From: Candidatus Caldarchaeum sp.
Lineage (GTDB): Archaea; Thermoproteota; Nitrososphaeria_A; Caldarchaeales; Caldarchaeaceae
Reading direction: 5' to 3'
DNA length: 64,000 bases
NCBI GenBank assembly: GCA_038885755.1
Contig: JAVZZH010000001.1
Location: 224,001 to 288,000 of the forward strand
Below are positions 44,132 to 53,023 of the stretch, in pieces (position 1 is the stretch's first letter; the number at the start of each line of letters is the position of its first letter). A program made the translations under genes and the position numbers. The notes below the pieces were generated by a model. It did not search any database. It saw only the letters and a program-made list of their open reading frames with translations, and was not told where the DNA came from.

Positions 44132-46303
44132 ATGTCTTCGGTTAAGAAGAAGGAGCTGAGCCTGCGGGTCGCCGAGGCGAGGCAGCGGGACATAGGGCGT
44201 AAGATAGCCCGTGTGGACAGCATGGGGATGAAGGAGATAGAGCTGAGCCCGGGCGACTTGATAGAGATAACTGGCAGGAGGACGACCGTGGCGATCGTCT
44301 GGCCACCCTACAGGGAGGACGACGGCCAGGGAATCATACGCATAGACGGGGAGATAAGGAGGAACTCCGGGGTCAGCGTAGGAGAATATGTGAGGATTTC
44401 GAAGACCACGGCCAAGCCCGCGACGAAGATAGTCCTAGCGCCTTTCGAGCCCCTACCATTCGTGGGGGACTTCGGCAGGATAGTTCGGAGCCAGCTGCTC
44501 AACATGCCCGTCGCCAAGGGAGACGTGATAGTTGTCCCGGTTCTCGGAATGGGCGTAGAGCTCAAGGTGAGCTCAACAAGCCCTTCGCCAATCGTGATGG
44601 TGACTGAAGGGACAGTGGTCGAGATCAGCACTACTCCGGCGAAGAGGCTTGAGGAGGTTTCGGGCGTTTCCTACGAGGACATAGGAGGTCTTCACGACGA
44701 GCTTCAGCGTATCAGGGAGATGATCGAGCTTCCGCTCAAACATCCCGAGCTCTTCAAACACCTGGGGATCGAGCCTCCTAAGGGAGTCATACTCTACGGG
44801 CCTCCTGGAACAGGCAAGACGCTCATAGCGAAGGCCATCGCCAACGAGACCGGAGCCCACTTCGTCTCGATAAACGGGCCTGAAATCATGAGCAAGTTCT
44901 ACGGAGAGTCTGAGGCAAGGCTTAGGGAGGTGTTTCAGGAAGCTGAGCAGAACAGCCCCTCGATAATCTTCATCGACGAGCTCGACGCTATTGCGCCGAA
45001 GAGGGGAGAGGTGACTGGGGAGGTTGAGAGACGCGTAGTCTCCCAGCTGCTTACCCTGATGGACGGGTTGAAGAGCAGGGGGCAGGTTGTCGTGATAGGA
45101 GCAACCAACAGGATTGAGGCCATAGACCCGGCTCTGAGGAGGCCGGGAAGGTTTGACCGTGAGATAAGGATAGGCGTGCCCGACAGGAACGGGAGGAAGG
45201 AGATCCTGCTGATACACACTAGGAGGATGCCGCTGTCCGACGACGTTAACTTGGACGAGCTCGCTGAAATAACCCACGGCTTCGTCGGAGCCGACATAGC
45301 TGCGTTAACAAGGGAGGCGGCCATGAATGCTCTCAGAAGATACCTGCCGCAGATAGACTTGGAGAAAGAGGTCATCCCCGCCGACGTCCTCGAGAAGATT
45401 AAAGTCACTAGAGAGGACTTTGCCAACGCCCTCAAGACTATTCAGCCTTCAGCGCTCCGTGAAGTCGTGCTGGAGGTGCCGAACGTCAAGTGGGAGGATA
45501 TCGGAGGGCTGGAGGCTGTTAAGCAGGAGCTGAGGGAGGCTGTGGAGTGGCCGCTCAAGTACCCCGATGTATTCAGAAGGCTCGGAATCAGGCCTCCAAG
45601 GGGGATTCTGCTGTACGGCCCGCCCGGAACAGGCAAAACTTTGCTGGCTAAGGCTGTGGCTACGGAGAGTCAGGCGAACTTCATCAGCGTCAAAGGCCCT
45701 GAAGTCCTGTCGAAGTGGGTGGGAGAGTCTGAGAAGGCTATCAGAGAGATCTTCAGGAAGGCTAGGGAGACAGCTCCATGCATAATCTTCTTCGACGAGC
45801 TCGACTCAATAGCGCCGAGAAGAGGCATCCATACAGACGCCGGCGTGACCGACAGAATCGTCAACCAGTTGTTGACAGAGATGGATGGGATGCAGACTCT
45901 GAAGGGCGTGGTCGTAATGGGCGCCACGAACAGGCCGGACATACTCGACCCAGCTCTGCTCCGACCCGGAAGGTTCGACAGAGTGTTGTATGTTCCTCCG
46001 CCCGACAGAGCTTCAAGGCTCGCGATATTCAAGATCCATACACGTGAAATGCCTCTCGACGCCGACGTAGACCTCGAATCCTTGGCTTCCATCACGGAGG
46101 GATACACAGGGGCTGACATAGAGGCCGTTGTGAGGGAGGCGGCTATGCTCGCCGCCAGAGAGAACATCAACGCTCAGAAGGTTTCGATGGCTCATTTCGA
46201 GAAGGCTTTGCTGAAGATCAAGCCCAGCGTCGGAGTGGAGGAGAAAGCCGAGTACGAGAAGATCGTCAGCAACTTCAAGAAATCCATGGCATACATCGGG
46301 TAG
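44132..46303 (+). CDS. cdc48: CDC48/VCP family AAA+ ATPase
   Basis: N-domain plus two AAA modules (GPPGTGKT twice, IDELD/FDELD, RPGRFD twice). Confidence 0.97.
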   Translation: MSSVKKKELSLRVAEARQRDIGRKIARVDSMGMKEIELSPGDLIEITGRRTTVAIVWPPYREDDGQGIIRIDGEIRRNSGVSVGEYVRISKTTAKPATKIVLAPFEPLPFVGDFGRIVRSQLLNMPVAKGDVIVVPVLGMGVELKVSSTSPSPIVMVTEGTVVEISTTPAKRLEEVSGVSYEDIGGLHDELQRIREMIELPLKHPELFKHLGIEPPKGVILYGPPGTGKTLIAKAIANETGAHFVSINGPEIMSKFYGESEARLREVFQEAEQNSPSIIFIDELDAIAPKRGEVTGEVERRVVSQLLTLMDGLKSRGQVVVIGATNRIEAIDPALRRPGRFDREIRIGVPDRNGRKEILLIHTRRMPLSDDVNLDELAEITHGFVGADIAALTREAAMNALRRYLPQIDLEKEVIPADVLEKIKVTREDFANALKTIQPSALREVVLEVPNVKWEDIGGLEAVKQELREAVEWPLKYPDVFRRLGIRPPRGILLYGPPGTGKTLLAKAVATESQANFISVKGPEVLSKWVGESEKAIREIFRKARETAPCIIFFDELDSIAPRRGIHTDAGVTDRIVNQLLTEMDGMQTLKGVVVMGATNRPDILDPALLRPGRFDRVLYVPPPDRASRLAIFKIHTREMPLDADVDLESLASITEGYTGADIEAVVREAAMLAARENINAQKVSMAHFEKALLKIKPSVGVEEKAEYEKIVSNFKKSMAYIG

Positions 46304-46409
46304 AGACTACAGAGGTATAACGCAGAAATCCCCTAGATAGTGGAGCATGTGCCGGATGCGCTGAAGCGATAAATATGCGTGGCTTGAAGAGGGCGGTGAG
46401 GTACAAAAA

Positions 46410-47030
46410 ATGCGAGCACCTTGGAGAAGGGAGCAAGTCGACAGACAAGCCTACGTGCAGCCGGTTCGCTACCAAGACAGAATGCTGGAGGTCTTGACGC
46501 AGCTGAAGATCCAGAACGAGAAGCTCAACAGAACGATCGAGAGGCTGAAGCACCGCGGCAAGGAGTTGTTTGAGCAGTGCGTCAGAGCGGAGCAGGAGAA
46601 GGACACCGCTAGGGCGACGATCTACGCTAACGAAATAGCTCAGCTCCGTAAAATGACGAGGACTCTTCTAGCCAGCCACATGTCTCTCGACAAGGTTGTC
46701 TTGAGGCTCGAGACCGTCAAAGAATTCGGGGACGTCATGCACGTTTTAGGCCCGGCGACGCAGATCATCAAGCAGGTTCAGCACGAGATCTCAGGCATAG
46801 TGCCCGAGGTCGCCCACAGCTTGAAGAGGGTTGACGAGATGCTGGAAAGCATCATAATCGAGGCAGGCAACGTCACAGGCGGAAGCGTGTACGTCTCGGT
46901 GAGCGACCCAGAGGCACAGAAGATCATGGAGGAGGCCGCTGAAGTAGCTGCCCAGAGGATGAAGAGCAACTTCCCCGAACTCCCCGAGACATATCAGCAC
47001 CTCGAGACGGCTGCGGAGAAAATCGACTAA
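46410..47030 (+). CDS. ESCRT-III (CdvB/Snf7-like) protein
   Basis: LF..CV.A...D..RA.IYANE..QLRK, L..V.LRLETV..FGD and EA.KI.EEA...A......FPELP patterns. Confidence 0.9.
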   Translation: MRAPWRREQVDRQAYVQPVRYQDRMLEVLTQLKIQNEKLNRTIERLKHRGKELFEQCVRAEQEKDTARATIYANEIAQLRKMTRTLLASHMSLDKVVLRLETVKEFGDVMHVLGPATQIIKQVQHEISGIVPEVAHSLKRVDEMLESIIIEAGNVTGGSVYVSVSDPEAQKIMEEAAEVAAQRMKSNFPELPETYQHLETAAEKID

Positions 47031-47923
47031 CCTCTCTCCTCAATTTTTTTGAAAGAGTTTGTTGGAGCCACTCCCCTAAACAGCTCTGGATGTATTATCT
47101 CGGCAAGGATTAGAACCGCCTCTCCAATCGAGGGCCCGTGTCTGCTGAAATACTTGTCAGCGTCTACAGCGTAAAGGTTTTTGTCCTCGACTGCTTTCAA
47201 CGCCGCCGTCCAAGGCTGCTCAACGAACCTCAGCAGTTCCTCGTAGCTGCTGTCCAGATGAACGCCGCAAGGACCTGCGACAAGCTTCTCGGGATTGTGG
47301 GCCAGTATTTCATCCGGCTTCAGACGTCTGGAGTGAACTCCCTTAACCCCGAGGTCCAGCCCGCCGGCCAGCTCCACCAGCTCGGGAACCCAGTGGCCCG
47401 CCGAGAAAGGTGGGAAAAGCCATTCGAGAAAAGCAACACGAACCCTCGCAAGCCCTCCGACAGCTTCCTTGACGCGGTCGATCTTCTCAGTTATGCTTTC
47501 GACGACTTCTAGGGCCTCGGCCTCCCTTTTGAGCAGCCGGCCTATCAAGAGAATGTCTTGAAGAATCTCGTCAACACTGCGAGGGTTAAGCTCGACGACG
47601 GGCGCCACCCTCCTCAGGCTCTCGCCGAACCTCCTCGTGGTTGCTGCACAAACGTCGCAGACACCCTGAGCTATGATGAGGTCTGGTTTCAGGCTCTCTA
47701 TTCTATCGAGGTCGAGGGCGTAGAGAGGAAGTCCCGACGCGTTAGCCATGGATACTGTCTTGTCCACCTGTTCAGGGGAGAGGCCCTCGGTTCTGACGAG
47801 AGGCATGACAACGACGGGCTTTGAGCTGAGGCCGCATGCATAGGTGGCGGCTGCAATTTCATCGCCGGCACCCAACGCGACCATGATGTCCGTGGCGCTC
47901 GGAACCAAAGATACAACCCTCAT
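47027..47923 (-). CDS. BtuF-like helical-backbone (cobalamin/siderophore) binding protein
   Basis: MRVVSLVPSATD, LKPDLI..Q..C.VCA, LEWL.PPF.AGHWVPE and YFSR.GP motifs. Confidence 0.88.
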   Translation of the reverse strand: MRVVSLVPSATDIMVALGAGDEIAAATYACGLSSKPVVVMPLVRTEGLSPEQVDKTVSMANASGLPLYALDLDRIESLKPDLIIAQGVCDVCAATTRRFGESLRRVAPVVELNPRSVDEILQDILLIGRLLKREAEALEVVESITEKIDRVKEAVGGLARVRVAFLEWLFPPFSAGHWVPELVELAGGLDLGVKGVHSRRLKPDEILAHNPEKLVAGPCGVHLDSSYEELLRFVEQPWTAALKAVEDKNLYAVDADKYFSRHGPSIGEAVLILAEIIHPELFRGVAPTNSFKKIEERG

Positions 47924-48003
47924 CGACTGACTCCCGGGCCTAATGTTTTTAAGACTTTCCACGGAAGGCAAAAGGTGATATAAGACATACTCAGCGTGTT
48001 GAC

Positions 48004-48792
48004 GTGGATTTCCATCAAGCCGTACTCCTCGGCGTTCTGCAGGGCTTCGCCGAATGGCTTCCCGTCAGCAGCGAAGGTCTAACAACGCTGGTCGGCAAAA
48101 CGTTCTACGGACAGAGCCTTGAGAGGGCTCTCGGAACATCCATATGGCTTCACGCGGGAACGCTTCTGGCGGCCTGCGTCTACTTTCGGAGAGACCTTAG
48201 GTCGGTCGCCGTCGGAGTCTTCAGGGATGGGCAGGGAAGAGTTCTCCTCAAGTTTCTCACAACCGCTACCCTAGCCTCGGCAGCCACAGCCATCCCGTCG
48301 CTAACCCTGTTGAGAAACCTAGTCGTGCCAGACAGCGTGTTCACCATAAGCATAGGACTCCTCATCCTAGCCGTGGCCTTACTCAGCAAAAACATACGCC
48401 CCAGAGCAGAAGCAGCCGGTCTTACATACTCGGCGTCGGTCGTGGTCGGTCTGGTTCAAGGGCTGTCGATAATTCCGGGCGTAAGCAGGTCAGGAGTCAC
48501 GATCGCTGCTTTGCTCGTTCTCGGCTTCGGCCTAGCCGACTCCATCAGGCTCAGCTATCTTCTCAGCATCCCAGCCACAGCCGGGGCCCAGATAGCCCTC
48601 CCACTCTACTTCGGAATAGGTCAGATAACTCCTGAGATGGTGGCGGGGGCGGCTGCAGCCATGGCCGTGGGCTTGACGACTATAAGCCTGCTGATTAGGG
48701 CAAGCCTAGGAAGGGACTTCAGGAAAGCCGCAGTGGTGGTCGGCTCGTTGATAGTCGCGGCGGGCCTGCTCTTCCATTACCTAGGCGGGTAG
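48004..48792 (+). CDS. uppP: undecaprenyl/dolichyl-diphosphate phosphatase (BacA/UppP)
   Basis: LQG.AEWLPVSSEG, H.GT and Q......PGVSRSG.T motifs. Confidence 0.9.
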   Translation: MDFHQAVLLGVLQGFAEWLPVSSEGLTTLVGKTFYGQSLERALGTSIWLHAGTLLAACVYFRRDLRSVAVGVFRDGQGRVLLKFLTTATLASAATAIPSLTLLRNLVVPDSVFTISIGLLILAVALLSKNIRPRAEAAGLTYSASVVVGLVQGLSIIPGVSRSGVTIAALLVLGFGLADSIRLSYLLSIPATAGAQIALPLYFGIGQITPEMVAGAAAAMAVGLTTISLLIRASLGRDFRKAAVVVGSLIVAAGLLFHYLGG

Positions 48793-49370
48793 AGACCTCC
48801 AGTCTTACGCAGCCGTGCATGCTCGTTAAGCCTGCGGTAAACCGCTCCATGCGGAGCCCCCTCAATCAAAGACCTGACAGCGTCCTCGGCTGCTTTGACG
48901 TCGCTGTACCTACCTATTATCCCCACCGTATCTCCGTAGACGGATACATGGACCTGACAAGTCTCCTCTATGATTCGGCGTGTCTTACCCATGCTTCCTA
49001 TGATGCGTGCCTTGACACGCGTCAAGTGGTTGAAGTTGTCGCCGACGTACTCCGTCAAGTCTAGGACAGCCAGCACGTAGTCGTCCATGAACAGCTTGAA
49101 AGCCTTCTCAGGCGTGAAGCCTCTGGCTATGGCTGTTATCACGTCCCTGGCCTTGAACAACGACGTGGGGTCTCCTCCTGCGCCGGGAGGCTGGGCAAGG
49201 TTAATCACAACCGTCCCCTCGCCGCTGTTGATGTCAAGCCTCACGCCCAACTCTCTCTCAATCCTTGTCTTGACGGACCCGCCCTCTCCTATCAAAACCC
49301 CCACCCGCTCCTTGGGGACGTTGACGACGAACGAAGCCTGCGTTATCTCCCTTTCAGCCCGACGCATCAA
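48777..49370 (-). CDS. KH-domain ribosome biogenesis protein Dim2/Pno1
   Basis: P.ERVGVLIG..G, AI.RGF.PE.A, RIIG..GKTR..IEE and G.PHG.VY motifs; downstream of rio1. Confidence 0.93.
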   Translation of the reverse strand: MMRRAEREITQASFVVNVPKERVGVLIGEGGSVKTRIERELGVRLDINSGEGTVVINLAQPPGAGGDPTSLFKARDVITAIARGFTPEKAFKLFMDDYVLAVLDLTEYVGDNFNHLTRVKARIIGSMGKTRRIIEETCQVHVSVYGDTVGIIGRYSDVKAAEDAVRSLIEGAPHGAVYRRLNEHARLRKTGGLYPPR

Positions 49371-50164
49371 TTTCCCCTCCGTATCATTTCGAGAGTAGAG
49401 TCGGCGTCAACTGAAAGCCCTGCTTTGTTGAAGAACCCGCAGAGGACGTTAACACCGTGTTGGAGGGATTTCTCGGCAAGAGGATGGTCCAGACGAACCG
49501 CTTGAGCCAAGTCGATCAAGTAAACCTCCAACCCTTTTCCAACCATGATGTTGTACTGGCTTAGGTCTCCGTGCACCATTCCCGCGTCTCTGTACATCCT
49601 TCCTAGAACGTCAACCAGCCGCTCGTAAATCTTCTCAAGCTCATCCAGCTCAAACTTCTCCTCGTGAAGCAGAGGAAGCCTCACTCCGTTCTCGCCTAGA
49701 AACTCCATCACGAGGATGTTCCGAAGCTGGTGGAAGGGCCTCGGAACAGGCAGGCCTGCGTTGAAGGCATCAACTAGATTGGCGTATTCTCTCTCCGACC
49801 ACAGGTAGACGAAACGCCTGAAGTCTCTGGGGATTTTCTTAAACCTCGGGTCGTTGACGACGTACTGGAGCCTGTTCCGCCTGAATTCAGCTGAGGAGAC
49901 GAGATAGATCTTGACAGCGTATTCCTCGCCGTTCCATCCTAGCCCGTGGTAGACTCGAGATTCCTTGCCCGAGCTAACGACACCCCTCAACTCCTTGAGC
50001 TTCTTCGCGTTAAGCATTTCGTACAGAGACATCAAAGTCTGCCTGTCGAAAACCTCCTCGAGGCTCTCGTCAAGCTCAGACCTCTTCTCCAAGTATCTCT
50101 GCTCCCTCTCCCTCGCGAACTCCCTCCTAGCGACCCTTTTCTCCACTCTACCCCAAGCCGTCAA
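49367..50164 (-). CDS. rio1: RIO1 serine protein kinase
   Basis: SSGKES.V, AVKIY, W..RE..NL, VHGDLSQYNI and IDLAQAV..HP motifs. Confidence 0.95.
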   Translation of the reverse strand: MTAWGRVEKRVARREFAREREQRYLEKRSELDESLEEVFDRQTLMSLYEMLNAKKLKELRGVVSSGKESRVYHGLGWNGEEYAVKIYLVSSAEFRRNRLQYVVNDPRFKKIPRDFRRFVYLWSEREYANLVDAFNAGLPVPRPFHQLRNILVMEFLGENGVRLPLLHEEKFELDELEKIYERLVDVLGRMYRDAGMVHGDLSQYNIMVGKGLEVYLIDLAQAVRLDHPLAEKSLQHGVNVLCGFFNKAGLSVDADSTLEMIRRGN

Positions 50165-50232
50165 CTCGTTCCTGAATAATGGGCGTGGTGGTGGGATAAA
50201 ACCATAAAGACCCCGCGACGTTTTGTTGTTGC

Positions 50233-51612
50233 ATGTCGGCTGAGGAGAGAGTTTACAAGCTGGTTGACGTGGACAGCTTTACACCCGTCGCCTCAGGCGT
50301 GGAAAGCGGTTCGGCGGAGAGGAGGCCGGGAGACGGCGTCGTTGCCGGAACCGGCATGGTCGACGGAAGGCCTGTGGCTGTTTGTGCGACGGAACCATCG
50401 TTCCTGAAAGGCTCTGTCGGGGTTGAGGGGGCGAGGAAATTGACTAGCCTGTTCAGCCATGCGCAGAGGCTGGGCGTACCCGTCGTCCTCCTTTCCGACT
50501 CTTCTGGTGCCAGGGTGAATGAGGGGCAGCCTGTTCTTCAAGCCCTGGCGGAGTTGCTGTTGAAGGTCGTGGAGGCTCGGCGCTACATACCTGTGATCAC
50601 GGCTGTGCTGGGCGGCTGCGCCGGCGCCATGTCTGTGCTCGCGGGGCTTAGCCACTTGGTCGTAGGCTGTAAGGAGAAAGGCTACATGTTTCTTTACGGC
50701 CCTAGAGCGGTGAAACACCTCGTCGGAGAGGAAGTAGAGCTGTCAAGGCTGGGAGACCTTGAAAACCTATCGGCCAAAGCCGGAACCGTCCACATAATCG
50801 CGGAGGACGAGGACTCAACCATAAAAACCGTCAAACATCTTCTTCAGCTCCTGCCTCAAAACTCTTCGCAAACCCCGGAACAGAAACCGTTCACAGACCC
50901 GCCTGACCGGCTGATTCCCGAGAAAGTTTTCGAGGAAGAGTCATCTAAGCTCGTGTCTGAAGTATGCGACAGAGGGTCCTGTATCGAGCTGAGACCCACG
51001 TACGGAAGGGCTGTGTCCACTGTTCTGGGGAGACTGTCTGGACTCCCGGCGGGCTTCGTCGCGTCGAACCATTTCTACAACAAGGGGTTGATCGACAGGG
51101 AAGCAGCCGTCAAGACATCGGAGTTCGTCGAGCTCTGCAGCCTTTTCAACATACCCGTCATAACGTTGGTCAACACGCCGGGTTTTTCGGTAGGTCTTTC
51201 CCATGAGGAGGCCGGGATTCTAAGGCATGTGGCGCAGGTGGTGAGAGCCTACGCTGGCTGCCGCGCACCAAAGATAGCTGTAATAGCTGGCCGGGCCTAC
51301 GGAGCAGCTTACATCGCCATGGGCAGCAGGTTTCTGGGAGCTGACTACGTCTACGCAACCCCCCAAGCAGAGGTTGCGACGATGCCGCCCGAAGCCATCG
51401 TAGAGACAATCCACAGCAAGAAACTCACTACGATGACGGAGGAGGAAAAACAGGCGCTGGTAGACCAGGAGAAGATTAAATCCTCATCACAGACGCTTCT
51501 ATCAAACGGCCTTGTAGACGAGATAATAGATAAACAACACCTACGGAGCAAGCTAGCCATAACACTCCTAAACATCTACAAAGTCCGCGGGCAGGGTCAA
51601 GCCCTCGTTTGA
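50233..51612 (+). CDS. acyl-CoA carboxylase carboxyltransferase subunit
   Basis: GDGVVAG.G.VDGR, DSSGARV.EG, F..LC..FNIPV.TLV.TPGF and AYGAAY.AM motifs. Confidence 0.9.
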   Translation: MSAEERVYKLVDVDSFTPVASGVESGSAERRPGDGVVAGTGMVDGRPVAVCATEPSFLKGSVGVEGARKLTSLFSHAQRLGVPVVLLSDSSGARVNEGQPVLQALAELLLKVVEARRYIPVITAVLGGCAGAMSVLAGLSHLVVGCKEKGYMFLYGPRAVKHLVGEEVELSRLGDLENLSAKAGTVHIIAEDEDSTIKTVKHLLQLLPQNSSQTPEQKPFTDPPDRLIPEKVFEEESSKLVSEVCDRGSCIELRPTYGRAVSTVLGRLSGLPAGFVASNHFYNKGLIDREAAVKTSEFVELCSLFNIPVITLVNTPGFSVGLSHEEAGILRHVAQVVRAYAGCRAPKIAVIAGRAYGAAYIAMGSRFLGADYVYATPQAEVATMPPEAIVETIHSKKLTTMTEEEKQALVDQEKIKSSSQTLLSNGLVDEIIDKQHLRSKLAITLLNIYKVRGQGQALV

Positions 51613-51659
51613 AAGAAGATAAGACTTCACAGCAGGGTAGCAGATAAAAAACACAAGTG

Positions 51660-51782
51660 TCCCGCGGGCAGGATTTGAACCTGCGACCACCCGGTCTCCA
51701 TGTAGCCTGGTTGGCTGTTTTTCGGCGCAGCCTTCGGCTGACCGCTACAGCCGGGCGCTCTACCAGGCTGAGCTACCGCGGG
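51660..51782 (-). tRNA. tRNA-Tyr(GUA) with 49-nt intron at 37/38 (intron 51696-51744)
   Basis: 5' exon CCCGCGGTAGCTCAGCCTGGTAGAGCGCCCGGCTGTAG; 3' exon ACCGGGTGGTCGCAGGTTCAAATCCTGCCCGCGGGA; archaeal C1-G72 and A73 Tyr identity elements. Confidence 0.93.
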
Positions 51783-51787
51783 CTTGC

Positions 51788-52351
51788 TCAGCTTGTCTGG
51801 GTTTTTGGGATGTTTTTTAGTTTTTCGAGGGTTTGGAGTCGTTTGGCTAATACGATGGCGTTTACCGCTAGGAGCGTTATGGCTGCTCCGGTAAGGTAGG
51901 GGCTGAGGGCTGTGATGAGGCCTACTCCGAAGAGAGCTAGCGATGCGGGCCAGCCGCAGCATACGTATCCGAAGCTTATGACGCTGGCGAGGAGGCCGCT
52001 GACTCCGCTCCAAGCGGTTCCCAACAGGCATGTCCTCAGCAGTCTTCTTCGGAAAAGCACGTAAACCAATCCCGCGTTGTAGCCGACGAGGCTCGAGACA
52101 ACGACGCCGAGCAAAGCCGGGTAGACACGAATGTTCAACAAAAACCCCTCCGCAACCACTTGAACCAGCGGCCCTGTGTAGAGCTGCGTCTCGACGAACG
52201 TCGTCATGACTGCGACCGTAGATATTCCAAGGGGGGGCAGGCTGTTAACCTGCACGGCTCCGGTGAAAAACAGGTAGAAGATGTAGTAGGCTGTCGCTGC
52301 TGCAGCCGACGAGTAGGCCTTCTGCCTGTCTAACCCTTCGAGAGGAGCCAT
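51788..52351 (-). CDS. membrane protein with CC motif, cotranscribed with SCO
   Basis: ~4 TM segments, RTC and YVCCGW; overlaps the SCO stop. Confidence 0.7.
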   Translation of the reverse strand: MAPLEGLDRQKAYSSAAAATAYYIFYLFFTGAVQVNSLPPLGISTVAVMTTFVETQLYTGPLVQVVAEGFLLNIRVYPALLGVVVSSLVGYNAGLVYVLFRRRLLRTCLLGTAWSGVSGLLASVISFGYVCCGWPASLALFGVGLITALSPYLTGAAITLLAVNAIVLAKRLQTLEKLKNIPKTQTS

Positions 52352-52941
52352 TCCACTCCCTTAACGTATTCTTCAAACGATGCATCGGCAGTGAACGCGG
52401 TTCTCAAGACATGGTTTCTGTCGGCTGCGAGCACGAGGGCGTAATGGACGACGATATAGTTTCCATTCTCGTCTGGAGGATGTTTCACAGCGTATATGTT
52501 GTACAGGGTCATCACGGCTTTAACCTCCTCGGGGGTGCCTGTCAGGCCCACTATCTTCGGCGAGTAGTACGAGAGATATTTCTTCAAAACCTCGGGAGTG
52601 TCCCTCTCAGGGTCAACCGAGACGAAGACCATCACTACTTGGTCGGCTTTGCTGCCGAGAGCTTGGTAAAGCTTGGCGTACTTGCTCAGGACAAGAGGGC
52701 AGACGTCTGGGCAGTGGGTGTATCCGAAGAAGAGGAGAACGGCCTTCCCCTTGACGCTTGAAATGCTGAACTTGTTACCGTTCTGGTCCGTGAGGCTGAA
52801 GTCTGGGAGCTTCTGCCCCGAGACTATCTCTATAGCGGGCTTGTATTCGGCGAACAGCTGGCGGCTGACCATGGCCGCCGCAGCGCCTCCAACCATCGCA
52901 GCTAAACCAACCGCCAAAAACAGGAGAAGCCTTCTCCTCAT
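52330..52941 (-). CDS. SCO1/SenC copper chaperone
   Basis: N-terminal TM; FGYTHCPDVCP, SVDPERDTPE and conserved His. Confidence 0.93.
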   Translation of the reverse strand: MRRRLLLFLAVGLAAMVGGAAAAMVSRQLFAEYKPAIEIVSGQKLPDFSLTDQNGNKFSISSVKGKAVLLFFGYTHCPDVCPLVLSKYAKLYQALGSKADQVVMVFVSVDPERDTPEVLKKYLSYYSPKIVGLTGTPEEVKAVMTLYNIYAVKHPPDENGNYIVVHYALVLAADRNHVLRTAFTADASFEEYVKGVEWLLSKG

Positions 52942-53023
52942 CTGTCGATTCTTACGGGCCCCATGCTATAAACATATCCCAACTAGCTGAGGATAAATGC
53001 CGGCTATGTAGATCTATTCAGAG

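Noticed and set aside
51627-52031. 134-aa minus-strand ORF
   Set aside because: Overlaps tRNA-Tyr and the real membrane-protein gene; spurious.
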